A stretch of 64,000 bases of DNA from Leptogorgia sarmentosa (taxonomy: Eukaryota). Both the position numbers and the translations under genes were made by a program. The first letter of the stretch is position 1, and each line of letters opens with the position of its first letter. Below are positions 35,726 through 48,046 of the stretch, one piece after another. The DNA lies in assembly GCA_964658305.1 (NCBI GenBank), contig OZ210885.1, positions 26,350,001-26,414,000 of the forward strand, read 5' to 3'. The notes under the pieces are model-generated. The model had not been told where the DNA came from. It saw only the letters and a program-made list of their open reading frames with translations, and ran no database searches.

Positions 35726-38193
35726 TGGTAAGAGTACCTAATATGTTGCATTCTGTGAACGAGGAACGAACACTTACATATCGCATATTGGCACAAGAAC
35801 ACATTTGAATCTGTACATTTGCACTGGTGTGAATGCTTTAACTGTCTCAACATTACACCCTGATAGATCAAGAGGTCGAGCCCGTCTAAATGTGTAAAGG
35901 AGAAACGAGGTTTTTAGACATCATTTGTATTTCCAATTAGCCGGCAATACTATACATCCATTTTATCATACTATAGCTAAGCTATATTTGACTGTTTTGC
36001 TCACTGATCATGCAGTATATTTTTAAATGTGGATTTGGATTTACTGTGGAGAATGTCAGAGTTCACCACTTGCGCTATGGGTTGCTCACTGCGCTTCAGT
36101 TTGAGCACTCTGGGTGACTCCACAATACAATCCTCTCCACAATAGGTAACCGTACATCCTGTGCCCAAGTGCAGGAGTTGCCATAAAGATATTATGGTGA
36201 TCACCGGGAGGGCACATTGTCATACTCTCACATTGAAGTTCATTGTATACTGTATACATACAGTGGCCCGTTTATCAACAATTTCTGCTGAAAGTAGCTT
36301 GTGAATGGGAAGAAAAGCTGCTCCCCTTTGCCATTCTGCTCTGCCAATTTGCAGTAGTTAGTAGTACCTATATAGGAATAAAGTAAACAAGGTAAATTCA
36401 ATACCAAATCATTGCAGATCAGGACTGAGCTAAAGTTGTATATTCACTATTCACATAGTACATTCACCTTAACATAACGTTAATAACAGTATCGCACACC
36501 CAGCGACTGCCATTAAACGTATCTATGTAATTTCGGTACACAATTATACGATCGAAACAAGCAACTCTAATACAGTATATATAAAATGTAATAGAAAATA
36601 GTGCTGGGCAGCATTCGGGTATAAAAAGAAAAGTTACATAGTACTATATGTCGTTTTAAGATTAACATGTGAAAATTAACATACTAAAAAGGATGGTTAC
36701 ATACTAAACAAGATATAATTATAGAGATGTTATTCCTAAATTGTAAAGATTTGCGTTTGCATAATACGTGAAAACCGGGAGGAAATTTTAGCTTTTATTA
36801 TTTTAGATCAAAATGCACGTTAAATACCTCTCGCTTTCCCCATTCCATGCCCTCCTATAAAAGTTGAAGGGAATAAATATTTATTTGTAAAGACGCTTAT
36901 TTGACTGAAGCAGAACGGCATGCAGTGTATCAGCTTTGACGCCAACTGTAAATGTGGCTCTGGTTTTGGATATCTCGTGGGTCTTTTGTCTTTTTTCGTT
37001 TCCATTAAAACGAAACGATTTTCTTGAATTTGGCCAACGGTGTGCACCACTCTCCCAATTCCTTCCATTACCTGACATACACATGGCGAGTAAATCTGGA
37101 ACACTTCGTACTTCGGACGCCAAACCTCCAACGAAGAGCTCCAGCAGAGCTCCAGCAATACACATAAAATGTGTATCCGTTAAGTAAAAATCTACAAAGC
37201 GATGTTTAAATTGAATGCTTAATGTTTTGTAGAGTCAGATTTTATACTAAAATAGTCTCACTTCTTCCGCAATTCAATTGCAACACTTACAGTAGTTACA
37301 GAGAACGTGATTACCTTCGCGGTTAAAATCTTTCAATTCAAACATGATATCATCCCCCGAAACATTTCTACCCGTTTGTCTTGATCGCTGTGTAATTTTC
37401 ATACAGTCAAATTAAAACAATATTTAATTAAGAGGAGCAAGAAAAAATAGGGACTGGAGTTATGCTTTACACATCATAAACAGCGTCATCGAACCAATAA
37501 TTTACAAATGATAAAATAAGAACTTTTTCTTACCTCGGATGCCAACTGACATTGGTGTGCGAGACCGTAGAGAAATGCATCCAGTTGCAATCTCTCCGGA
37601 TCGGTGCTGAGCGATTCAAACAAACTTCCTTGCTCAGTTGCATCGTAATCCCGGGGTAAGCCCGTCGCTTCGATGATACGTGATCTATGTATAAGAAGTT
37701 GTCTATTTAGTCCCATCGATTGATGGTAAGTTGGAAGGTAACACCCTACGGCTTGATGTGATTGAATTTTAAAACTCGATTTCTTGATTATAAAGCCGAC
37801 ATAAACAATTGTAATAAATGAAAAAAATACCTTAAAGCATGAGTTGTTGGCTGTTGATGTTTTTTTTGCAGATTCCAACAACAAGTATGCAACCTCCATA
37901 ACGTATCCCACGACGGCGCTTCCCTAACCGTGCATACCAGGCAACCAATTTCACGCTTAAATGATAAGGGCTTTGATGTCAAAGGATTCCAACATTTTGT
38001 TGTAACAATTTTAGGCTTGTTTTAGGCCTTACAGTTGTACCATGTGCAAATACGCAATAATTGCATAGTATATATAACATCATGCATTAAGTCAAAATTA
38101 AGAGCAAGTTGTGTCCTCTGTCATCTATAGAAATTCTGCGAGGTTTTTGTACTTATATGTATTATACATATCCTTCATTTTCTCAATGAGTAA

Positions 38194-38324
38194 GGCCCGT
38201 TTTAGACGTCGAATTTTCGTCGCGTCGAATGCAATTCAAACAATAGTTAATGAGCTGAGTTTTCTCATTATCTATTGTTTGAATTGCATTCGATGCGACG
38301 GAAACTCGACGTCTAAAACGGGCT
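38194..38324. mobile_element. Harbinger-type fold-back MITE, TAA TSD
   Basis: ~53-bp imperfect TIRs; TAA at 38191-38193 and 38325-38327. Confidence 0.9.
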
Positions 38325-38339
38325 TAAGTAGTAGTTCTA

Positions 38340-39145
38340 CAGGGTGTATAAAAAATACGCAATCCTACGTTCAAATGCAATTTTCATAACGAAAAGAAAT
38401 AGAAAATAGGCTATATTTACCACCGTTAGAAAGCTCTATCATTCCGCTTTCTTGAGACTGCTTGTTTGCTAAATTTGAGTTGGAAATGAGCGAGTAATGT
38501 TATTTTTAGTAAGTGTGATTGGACAATTTAAAATTTGAGCTTGAATTTTATTAAAAATTTAACTTTAGTTGGTTACAATCGTTCAACGTGGCCGCCATTT
38601 CTCACCACACACAAATCACTTCGACGTTGCATTTCTCGTGCAACTCTTCTTATTAGTTCATGATTTCCATGTAAAGCATCTGCTTCAAGCTGTATCTGCC
38701 GGTATTTACGTACGTTACGCCAAACGGTCGTCGAATTTGGGACTTGTCGATCCGGGAAAGCTATTCGAAACAATCTTGAAACTTCCTGAATACTTTTTCT
38801 TACAAAGTAACCGTCAACAATAAAAGTTCTTTCTGCTGTAGTGAGCTGTGGCATGATGCCTAAGACTTTAAAATTATTTCGCGAAAATACTTCAAACAAA
38901 ATATTCGCATGCAACGATAACGTCCCCTTCGGAATTAAGAACGTCGAATTCGAAGCATCTAAAAATGACTGCTTGCAGTAAATCACTTATTTTGAAGTCC
39001 TAAATGGCCTAAAAAGTCACAATCGACCACTTATTGAGTAGAAAAAAGATAGGGCTAAAACATGAACTAAAAGTTAAGACATGGAAATCTATATTATTTT
39101 GGTTATAAAGCCTTGAACTTGGATTGCGTTTTTTTATACACCCTG
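38340..39145 (-). mobile_element. Internally deleted Tc1/mariner element
   Basis: TIR CAGGGTGTATAAAAAA(T)ACGCAATCC. The ORF 38854-38573 joins an N-terminal HTH (MPQLTTAERTFIV..) to the C-terminus (..CVVRNGGHVE), and the catalytic domain is absent. Confidence 0.88.
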
Positions 39146-39645
39146 TGGAATGAAAGTGTGGAACTCATGTGATAAATGAATTCGAGATTGTAAGTAGTAA
39201 GTCGTCCACCGGGCCACCGGCTGGTAATTTCAGCAATTCATAATATCAAAGTTATTCCGGAAATGGTGCGCATGTCAATTACCCATGCATGATGTTTAAA
39301 ATTGTGACATATCTTGTATATCATTGCTGAAGCAAAGATGAATCAAACTTGACTGGAAATTATACAGTATTTTAAAATATTATGTAATTGATATGCACTC
39401 TTATTCATGGGATAACTTTCATATTAAGTAGTGAGTTATCCCCCCTTTTTTTGCTGGGAATCTAACCAAAGAAACACGTCATTCTATGGAAATATGCCTT
39501 GAATTAAATTGTAACCATTCAAATCTTTATATCACTCATCTTTAAATGCATGCGCAGGTTATAGTTATCATAATCGCATCGGGGTATGCCACATCGCTTG
39601 CCTCGCGCTAATTCCTGTTCCCTATTATATATTTGGAACGAAAGC

Positions 39646-40520
39646 TTAATTTAATTTAATTTAATTGCTTTTCCTCATAATAACAAAAAGTACATAAACA
39701 CACACTCATATACATACACATAACATACATAAGTTGATGGTTGGGTAGCCACAACAGCCTGAAAAGCCAATTACTGTGGGCCCAAACGGTTAGAACACGA
39801 ACATACACATAAATACAAATATACGAATAAAACGTCTAAAAGCAGCAGTTCACAGGTTCAGTTAGCGTTCTTGCACTGTTACATTTCGGACAGATAGTTT
39901 TGAAAGTTCTTGGATCATCACAATCTTAGGTTTTCTCCAGTGCGACAAAATAGTATTTTTGCATTACTGACTTAAAGGAGCCCAGGTATTGCATGCTTAA
40001 ATCTAACGTGTCTGTTAATTAAAAGTGTTCCAAGTTCTGATTGTTCTAATCCAAAATGATTTTTGGAAAGTCGTTGTTTTACATTTTGGTACTTCGTACT
40101 TGGCTGGATTGCCGTTGTTAGAAGCTCTTGTTTTACTTGTTGTTTTCTTACGTAACATGAAAGAAGACTCTGTTAGACCGCGTGTTACTTTGAAAAAATA
40201 CACCAAATCGAGATACTCATGCCAGTAACAGATTGGAAGTAGTTGGAGAGCCTGCAGTCTGGATGTATATAATCAATAGAACAAGTAAATGGCAGGTTGA
40301 GGATGTATTTTGTCGCACGCCGTTGAGTTCTTTCTACTTTCATCTGTAATTCAACCGACTGAGGTGTCCACACTTGTGTCGCGTAACCGAGATGTGAACG
40401 TACGAGCGCCAGGTAGATGGTTCGCCTTATTGTTGTGTTGATGATTGTTCGTGTGCTTCTCCTGATGTAACTTAGCTCTTTGTTTGCGCGAGCACACTGT
40501 TGATCCGTTTGTTTGTTAAC
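39646..40520 (-). mobile_element. CR1/L2-type LINE 3' fragment, degenerate
   Basis: LVRSHLGYATQVW..ERTQRRATKYIL..FQKSFWIRTIRTWN; (ATTAA)n tail. Confidence 0.85.
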
Positions 40521-40987
40521 GTCCTATCTGACCGAATTTCATTTTCATCTTACCTTGATATCATCTCCATCTTTTTCTTCTTCCTCTCTTTTTGCTGCAA
40601 CATCATTTGGATCTTTAATCTTTAATCTTTAATCTTTAATAAAATTCTTTAAACACGGTAGCCTATTCAGCCAATAATATTTACAATGCTGGTTTTCAAA
40701 GGGCCGTGTGCTTACAATAATATAAAAAGGACAAAAAGAACATAACTATTTACATTGATACGGATGAATTAACCAATTGCCGTTTAAACGACAAAGTTAA
40801 AAGATTGTTATAATTTTCAATGGTTTCGCTTGGAAGTTCGTTCCAGGACTTAGCGGCTCTATACGAGAAACTTCTTTTGAGAAAATTAGTCTTAGGTTTG
40901 GGTAGATTCAATACACCGATTCAGCAAAAAATTAATGCGGCACGGAAACGAGGCTTAATAGCCCACTGGCCCTGGCAATATATCAAG

Positions 40988-42508
40988 ATGGCGGATGAAC
41001 TAACTCAAGGAAAAATTGCAAATAAGAAAATCGGACATAAATGTTGTGCAGCTGCAAAATGTAATTTTCGAAGCGACAATCGCCCTGATTTGTCTTTTCA
41101 TAAGTTCCCTAAATGTAATGATTTAAGAAAGAAATGGGAAGTTAGAATGCGAAGGGGAGACGCTGCTTTCAAATACATCAAGAATAAGTTCTGTTGTTCT
41201 GCACATTTTTTACCATCAGACTTCAAACAGAGTTTAACAGGCCATAGACGTGATCTAAAGAGAGAAGCAATACCTTCAGTATTTGAATGGGCTCCAGTGA
41301 CTAGCGACCGGAGAGGAGAACGTTTAGAATTGAGAAGCAAAACGATTGCTGAATCTCAACAACAATCCCAACATGAACAAGACGAGCAACCACTTGCAAC
41401 ATCATTCTGCAAAGATATCATTGTTTTTGGCCCCGCAACAATCGAGGAATTTATCAATGAAAAGAGAGAAGAAGCTGAGCAGCTGAAAGAAGAACTTGCT
41501 AAAGTCAAGGAAAAAGAATATATTTATAAGTTTGGTTTGGAAAGATTCTCAGGTAGCAGTGAAGATATACATTTTTACACAGGATTCCCTGACTATGAAA
41601 CGCTTATAGAATTTTGGAAATACATAGAACCTAATAATTACAGATTAACATACTACAGTTATATTAGGAATTCTACAGATGTTAACTTTAATAATGTATT
41701 TCCCTACCTCAATTTAACTGAAATGAAATTTCCCAATAGTAGTGTTGGTGCAAAACGCACTCTTCAGCCTATAGATGAGTTTTGGCTGTTCCTTACTCGA
41801 CTTAGAATTGGTTTATTAGAGCATGACTTGGCTTTCAGGTTCAATATTTCCCTGTCAACAGTATCAGACATACTGATAACTTGGAGTAACTACATGTATG
41901 TGATGCTTGGAAGCTTGCCAGTGTGGGCTTCAAGAGAAGTAATTAAGTTGCACCTACCTGAAGCCTTTAAGGGGCAGTTTGAAAATGTAAGGTGCATTAT
42001 AGATTGCACAGAAATTAAGTGTGCAAAACCCCAAGATCTTCATAAGCAAAGCGAATTTTATTCAGAGTACAAAGCACATAATACTTATAAAGGGCTAGTA
42101 GGTATATCTCCTAATGTTTGGGTAACATTTGTAAGCAACTTGTTTGGAGGTAGCATATCTGACAGGGAAATTGTGGAGAAAAGTCACTTTGTTGATCTGT
42201 TGGAACACCCTGATCAAGTAATGGCAGATCGTGGCTTTGATATACAAGATATTTTAGCAACCAAACAGGTTAGGCTGTTCATCCCACCTAAGAGGCAGTC
42301 TGTTAATGACCAGTTTTCTAAAGAAGACTGTTTTGAGACTATGAGAATTGCTAATGTTAGGATACACATAGAACGTGCAATTAGGCGGGTAAAGGGATGG
42401 CACATTTTTGACCAAGTCATGCCCCTAAGCTTAAATGGTGTAATTAATCAAATTTGGACTGTGTGTTGTTTGCTAGTAAACTGGCAGAAACCTGCTCTCA
42501 CATGCTAG
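40988..42508 (+). CDS. THAP + HTH + DDE transposase, 506 aa
   Basis: THAP (CCAAAKC..FHKFP..W..CSAHF..AIPSVF), HTH (DLAFRFNISLSTVS), DDE (IIDCTE, MADRGF, RIHIERAI). The true start is the first ATG inside the TIR. Confidence 0.92.
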   Translation: MADELTQGKIANKKIGHKCCAAAKCNFRSDNRPDLSFHKFPKCNDLRKKWEVRMRRGDAAFKYIKNKFCCSAHFLPSDFKQSLTGHRRDLKREAIPSVFEWAPVTSDRRGERLELRSKTIAESQQQSQHEQDEQPLATSFCKDIIVFGPATIEEFINEKREEAEQLKEELAKVKEKEYIYKFGLERFSGSSEDIHFYTGFPDYETLIEFWKYIEPNNYRLTYYSYIRNSTDVNFNNVFPYLNLTEMKFPNSSVGAKRTLQPIDEFWLFLTRLRIGLLEHDLAFRFNISLSTVSDILITWSNYMYVMLGSLPVWASREVIKLHLPEAFKGQFENVRCIIDCTEIKCAKPQDLHKQSEFYSEYKAHNTYKGLVGISPNVWVTFVSNLFGGSISDREIVEKSHFVDLLEHPDQVMADRGFDIQDILATKQVRLFIPPKRQSVNDQFSKEDCFETMRIANVRIHIERAIRRVKGWHIFDQVMPLSLNGVINQIWTVCCLLVNWQKPALTC

Positions 42509-42768
42509 ACAATAGATGTCTGTGGTAACAATCAAACATGAACCAATTTAGCTGTCAACATAGTAAAATATATTATTGTGTCAACATAGTGTACAATTAA
42601 TATCAATTATAGTATGTACGTACAATTAAAAAATGTTCACATTAAATGCAAGTTTTGTTTCAATGTCAGTTTCATTTACTACTATATCCTATATATAACA
42701 ACAATGAACACAACATGTGAATGCAAAAACTGCTTACTTAAACATAATTTATAACTGACTTTTTAGTG

Positions 42769-44964
42769 TCATTTAGAAAAATCATATCGGTCAAGTCCAT
42801 CCCTTAGTCTGGGATAGGCCAATTCTGGCAAAATGTATGAATCGTAGAATGATTCGAGATTAGCTAGTTTCTCAACCCACCAGGCTGGGTCATATGGCAC
42901 CCTTTTGCAATAAAGTTCTCCATTATTTCCCCTGACCACAAAGTCACACCATGCTCGGTTTACAACGAATAACTGCTGTTGCATTTGGTAATAATACATA
43001 TGTGTCTTATTAACCATCCCATTTTTTCTGCATATTGATTTTCTTACTAAAGCTGATGCTAAGTCTTCACTGTCATTAACAGTGATGTTCTTTACCTCTA
43101 TTATTCCCAGGGGATTTTCAACACTGGGATCAGAAACAAGACCATCAGGAGAAGCACCTATGAAACCGTGATGCTTAGCTACAAAAAAACCACAATCTTC
43201 AACTTTAAGATTACAATGGCCTTCTTGTTGCATTTTTTTTACGTACTCAGCAACTGCTAATTTTTCATTTTTAATTCCATCCCTCATAGCTTTTGTTTGA
43301 ACACAAGGGTTGTAATTCAAAATTTCCTTAATGATTTTAGAAGGTGATGTGCTAGACCTATGTGGACAAGCCACCCTGTGACATTTTGAAGCTGTAACTC
43401 GACCAAATCTATATTCAAACCATTTTGGGTTATCAGACTGCCCTCGGGTCTCATTCTCAATTTTCTCTATTTCATTATCATCAACAAAAAGTTTACACTT
43501 AATTTTTTTACACCGTTCACTTATTTCATGAAGGCTAACAGGTTGTTGTTTTGGTGGAGATATTATAGGATATTTTTCTTCTGAAATTTTTTGAGCATTC
43601 TTTGCAGTATCAAGAGTCTTACTTTTATCACATATTTTGGAAGATGACTTCGAAGGATTTGAGTTGTTTAAAATTTTTGGATTAAGCACAGATGTATTTT
43701 TTTCTAGAGCAGACTGCTCATTCCTGATGGCCCTGTTACTGAAATCCTTTAGTTGCATTTCAAGTACAGAACCTTTTGCAATTGAACCAACTATAGAATC
43801 TGTAAGAATGATATCTTCAGAATTAGGGGTCAATTTAGCAAAAGGAATACTTGAATTTTTCACACATATATTATCTCTAAATTTTTGCACTGCTTCTGGG
43901 GATAGCTTTCTATATTTGCTTGGGCGTGGATCAAATAAGGTGGGGAATACACCCCTTCTCTTTCTGCTAGGCAGATCTAACTGATGCCTTGGCTTGACAA
44001 GCTTAGAAGACATCACAGGTTCATGATTTACTTCTCTTTTACCAGGGATACCCCACTTCCTGGGTTTGGATGTGCATGCACGATTGTCTTCAACAGGCTT
44101 TTGCAACATGTTGTTTCTGGACATTTCATCTAACTTCCATATCACTGCCATCACATGACAACAACAGCCACTGCGCCCAGCAGGACAAATTTTGTCACAC
44201 AGAGATGACAAGATTTTTCGACTTCCTTGAGGTTTTACAATCATTCGAACTTTGTACTTGACACATTTTTTATAAGACGCCCAACATAAAGCTCTAAGAT
44301 AAACAACATTTGCTTCAACAGCATTACTAACTTCCATATCATGGACAAACGAAACCATTCGAAGTCCTTTCGAACTAGACATCTCAGCAACAGCATCATT
44401 ATCAGCAAATTTCTTGGTTGACTTTCCACAGTTTTTAATATGATCTAGCGTATCTGTGGGTACGAACACTGGTAACACGGAAAAGTCTTTGTTGAAAGCA
44501 CTGTCATCAGAAGGAAAACTTTTAAAACCAGTAGAGAAATCGTTTTTCACCTCAGCATTTGAACAGCTTATTTCATTATCCCTCAGTTTAGCTAGCTTTG
44601 CCTTGGTAAATGCTTTGCTTGGATCAGGATCAAATACCTTGTTTCTCACTTCAGGCATAGCATTGAGACTACGTACCCTACAAAGCGAATATCAGCCATG
44701 TATATTCAAATTCGCGAACACAAATTAAACTGTCAACTGTGCCGAAAACAGCTGAATCGTATGAATCGTGCGCTCAGTATCTTACCTTTCCAAAAGCTGC
44801 ATTTTGTTCCCGCCCAATTTCATCCTACGACATTTAAGCCAGAATTTAAGCTGATTAACGTTTAACTTTCCAATATCATTGCTGCTAACAGAAGCGCCAG
44901 GGATGTCTTCTGGATTTAAATCGACTGTGAATTCCTGTTCTGCGAGATCATTTTCCGCCGCCAT
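42769..44964 (-). CDS. Spliced SAP + SWIM + YqaJ/lambda-exonuclease protein, 695 aa (exons 44964-44786 and 44677-42769)
   Basis: A 108-nt GTAAG..TTTGTAG intron joins QLLER to VRSLNAMPEV in frame. SAP LNVNQLKFWLKCRR..GNKMQLLERV; SWIM CPAG..CCCH; TRGQS..W..GRVTAS, GASPDG, EVK, YYQMQQQL. Confidence 0.9.
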
Positions 44965-47764
44965 CTTGGATTAATAGGGCTATTAAGCCTCGTTTCCGTG
45001 CTGCATTAATTTTTTGCTGAATCGGTGTATTTAGTTTGGTTGCTTCTCAAATTGTAATTGTCATTTTGACTTCCTGAAAACAATTTTTCAAGATATCGAG
45101 GTAATCGACCAGTTAGTACTTTAAATGTCATTACTATCTGGCGTTGTTTTAGAAGTTCTTCTATTGGAAGCCAATTAATACTATCTAGCGTTTGCATGGA
45201 ACGAACCTCATATGTGTCCCCTGTTATCACACGCGCTGCTCTCTTCTGGAGTTTAAATAATTTGTCGATTATCGAACAACATCCATCGTTCCAGATTGTT
45301 GAACAATAATTGAAGTGAGGCCACACTAAGGCATTATAGATTTTTAGCAGACTATCTCTACTCACAAACAATTTTGCTCTTTTCAGTAGGGCAATATTAT
45401 TTGAGATTATTTTACATTGCATGTCATTATGTTTATTCCATTTTAGTTGATCGTCAAGAATCATGCCTAGTGACTTTTTTTGGTAAACTCGCTTAATGTT
45501 GTTTCCCCCTAATGTTAATACTGGGCTATTTTCAATTGAAGCTAAGTGACGTCTTGATCCTATTATCATAAATTCAGTCTTTTCCATGTTTAATGAAAGC
45601 TTATTAGCTGTTAACCACCTATGAACATTTTCAATGTCTTTATTAAGTTTGATCTCAATTTCGTATGGACTAAACCCTTCACAAGAAAGGTTTGTGTCAT
45701 CAGCAAAAAGATTTGCTTTAGTTGTCTCTAAACAGTTAGGGAGATCATTTATGAACAATAGAAATAAGATAGGCCCAAGGTTAGAGCCCTGAGGTATCCC
45801 GCATTTTATTTGTCTAATAGCTGACATCTTGCTATTCACAGAGCATATTTGGTTTCGACCAGAAAGGTATGATTCGAACCATTTCAGGCTAGTTCCTTTA
45901 ATACCATATAATTCAAGCTTTGATAAAAGAATATGATGGTCGACAGTATCAAAAGCTTTGTTAAGGTCTAGAAATAAAACTCCGCTAAGTAAGCCTCTGT
46001 CCATATTGGACAACCATTCATTTGTTGAACTAAGCAGTGCAGTTTCAGTAGAATGTTGATGACGGAAACCGGACTGCTGTTCTACAAGAATGCCATTCAA
46101 ACTCAGGAATGAATTTAGCTGCAGGTATACCAGTTTTTCGAAAAGTTTGGCTACAGCTGAAATAACAGATATTGCCCTGTAATTTCCACAGTCTGCTTTG
46201 TTTCCTTCTTTAAATATAGGGGTCACTTTTGCTAATTTCCAATCATTAGGGAAAATTGCCCTCTGAAGGGATACATTGAATATGTTCACTAGTGGTCCAG
46301 CCACAATGTTAGATGCGTCTTTTAATAACCTTATACTAATACCATCAAGGCCTGGAGATTTCTTAGTTTTAATTTCATTGAGTGCACTTATTGTTTCTTG
46401 GATTGTAATGCTGGTAAAGTTGAATGTATTACCATCGATAGGAGTCACAAAGTTCATTGGATCAGTGCGGTTATCAGTGATCTTGTCAGACAACGTACTG
46501 CCAATTGTGGAAAGTATTGATTAAAGGCATCTGCAATTTTGTCATCGTCAGTAATGCGTTGGCCATTTATATCTAGTTCTTTAACCTCTGACGTTTTAGG
46601 CTTTTTGTTTAATAATTCGTTAATAGTTCGCCAACTTTCTTTGCTATTTTTAGCATTGCTTAGTTTATCTCTAAAGTATTCTTGTTTAGTTTCTTTTATG
46701 AGATTATTTACCTTATTTTTGCATCTCTTGTAAGCCTTGTCATAATTCGTAGATCTTAATTTAATCGATTGCCTTTTTAGGTAATCCCTGTGGTAGCACA
46801 TTTGCTTAATTTCGTTTGTTAGCCACGGTTTATATTCACTCTTGACTCGACGTTGTCTGATTGGTGCATGTTTATCTGCGACGCTCAAAAACTTATTTTT
46901 AAAATCGTTCCATAAGGCATTCGGATCAGTTAAAATAGCCGAATCCAAGGGCAAACTAAAAACCTCACTTAGATCGTTGTTAAACTGGTTAACATTATAA
47001 TTTTTATAATGTCTAGTAAAGACAATTTTTGGTGGCGCCTTAGGAATGCTGAGCTTTCGACACAGATAAACAAGACTATGATCACTGATACCAAGGTGTA
47101 TTACTCCTGTATCTGATATTTTATCATCACCATAATAGGTGAGGATAACATCCAGTAGTAATGCTGTTGTACTAGTAATTCTCGTGGGAGACTGTATGTG
47201 TTGCTGTAATTGATAGGTGTCAATCAGGTCAACCAGTTTAGAAGTAGGCAGACTTTTGTTCTGCTCCAGAAGGTTACAATTGAGATCTCCGGTTATGATA
47301 ATTTCTTTATTTTCGTCTTCAAGTAGTTTTAAAAATTCTTCAAATTCGCTAAACAGCTCAACGCTGGAATTTGGTGGTCTGTACCATGTTGTAATTAACT
47401 GAGGTTTACTTTTAAATTTTTTAATTTCTACGCATATCAACTCTAAATTATCAGGGAAGAGGTCTTTGCGGATGGTGTATGGTATGCTGCTTCTAATATA
47501 CATTGCAACACCTCCTCCACTTCTGTTTCGATCACGCCTAACAATATCATAACCAGGAATTTCAATTTCACCGTTCAGTACGCTACTATCTAATCTAGTT
47601 TCATTAAGAGTTATAATGTCGAAAAGTTTGTTTTGCATATATAGCAAAAACTCATCGTAATGTTTTATCAAACTTGCTATATTTAAATGACATACTTTAA
47701 AACCTTTAAGTTTAGGAATTTCGTTTACTGCTCTTTCTTCGCTCTTTCCTTCATCATCTTCTTA

Positions 47765-47855
47765 AGGGCTAGGGCTAGGGCTAAGACTAGGGCTAGGGCT
47801 AAGACTAGGGCTAGGGCTAGGGCTAGGGTTGGGCTAGGGCTAGGGCTAGGGTTAG
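47765..47855. repeat. Telomere-like (AGGGCT)n microsatellite
   Basis: About 15 units with AAGACT and AGGGTT variants. Confidence 0.9.
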
Positions 47856-48046
47856 TACCCGTGGCCATGCATTCCTCACAATCAACCATTGATTCGCTGT
47901 ATTTCTAAAATGTACAATTTTATATCTTTATTAAAAATTGTCGATATTGTATACTAAAATTTGTTCAGTCTAGATCCGCCCCTGAGATTTATATATTACG
48001 TTCTACAAAATGCATAAGTGTCAATTGAATACCGACAAATACGTAC

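Larger units (their letters stand above)
40913..45028. mobile_element. ISL2EU-type (PIF/Harbinger-related) autonomous DNA transposon, 4116 bp
   Basis: 52-bp TIRs (40913-40964 and 44977-45028, 1 mismatch), AT TSD (40911-40912, 45029-45030), two convergent intact genes. Confidence 0.92.
40611..47764 (-). mobile_element. L2/CR1-group LINE ORF2 (APE + RT), one frameshift, interrupted by a DNA transposon
   Basis: APE (NETRL, WYRPP, GDLN, SDH) at 47671-46505; RT (QSGFR, KAFDTV, GIPQGS, FADD) at 46493-45031; the C-terminus resumes at 40912-40750; (TAAAGAT)4 tail at 40611-40638. Confidence 0.93.

Noticed and set aside
32900..38000. Dada (tRNA-targeting) transposon
   Set aside because: I recognised no Dada transposase motifs and no split tRNA target flanks the region.
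40820..40987. N-terminal 56 aa of the 562-aa ORF
   Set aside because: It reads through antisense LINE sequence and the TIR; the real start is 40988.
42769..44658. Phage or bacterial recombinase (contamination or horizontal transfer)
   Set aside because: The gene has a spliceosomal intron and SAP/SWIM domains, and lies within eukaryotic transposon TIRs.
47687..47908. Arg/Ala-repeat ORF
   Set aside because: It is a translation of the AGGGCT microsatellite.
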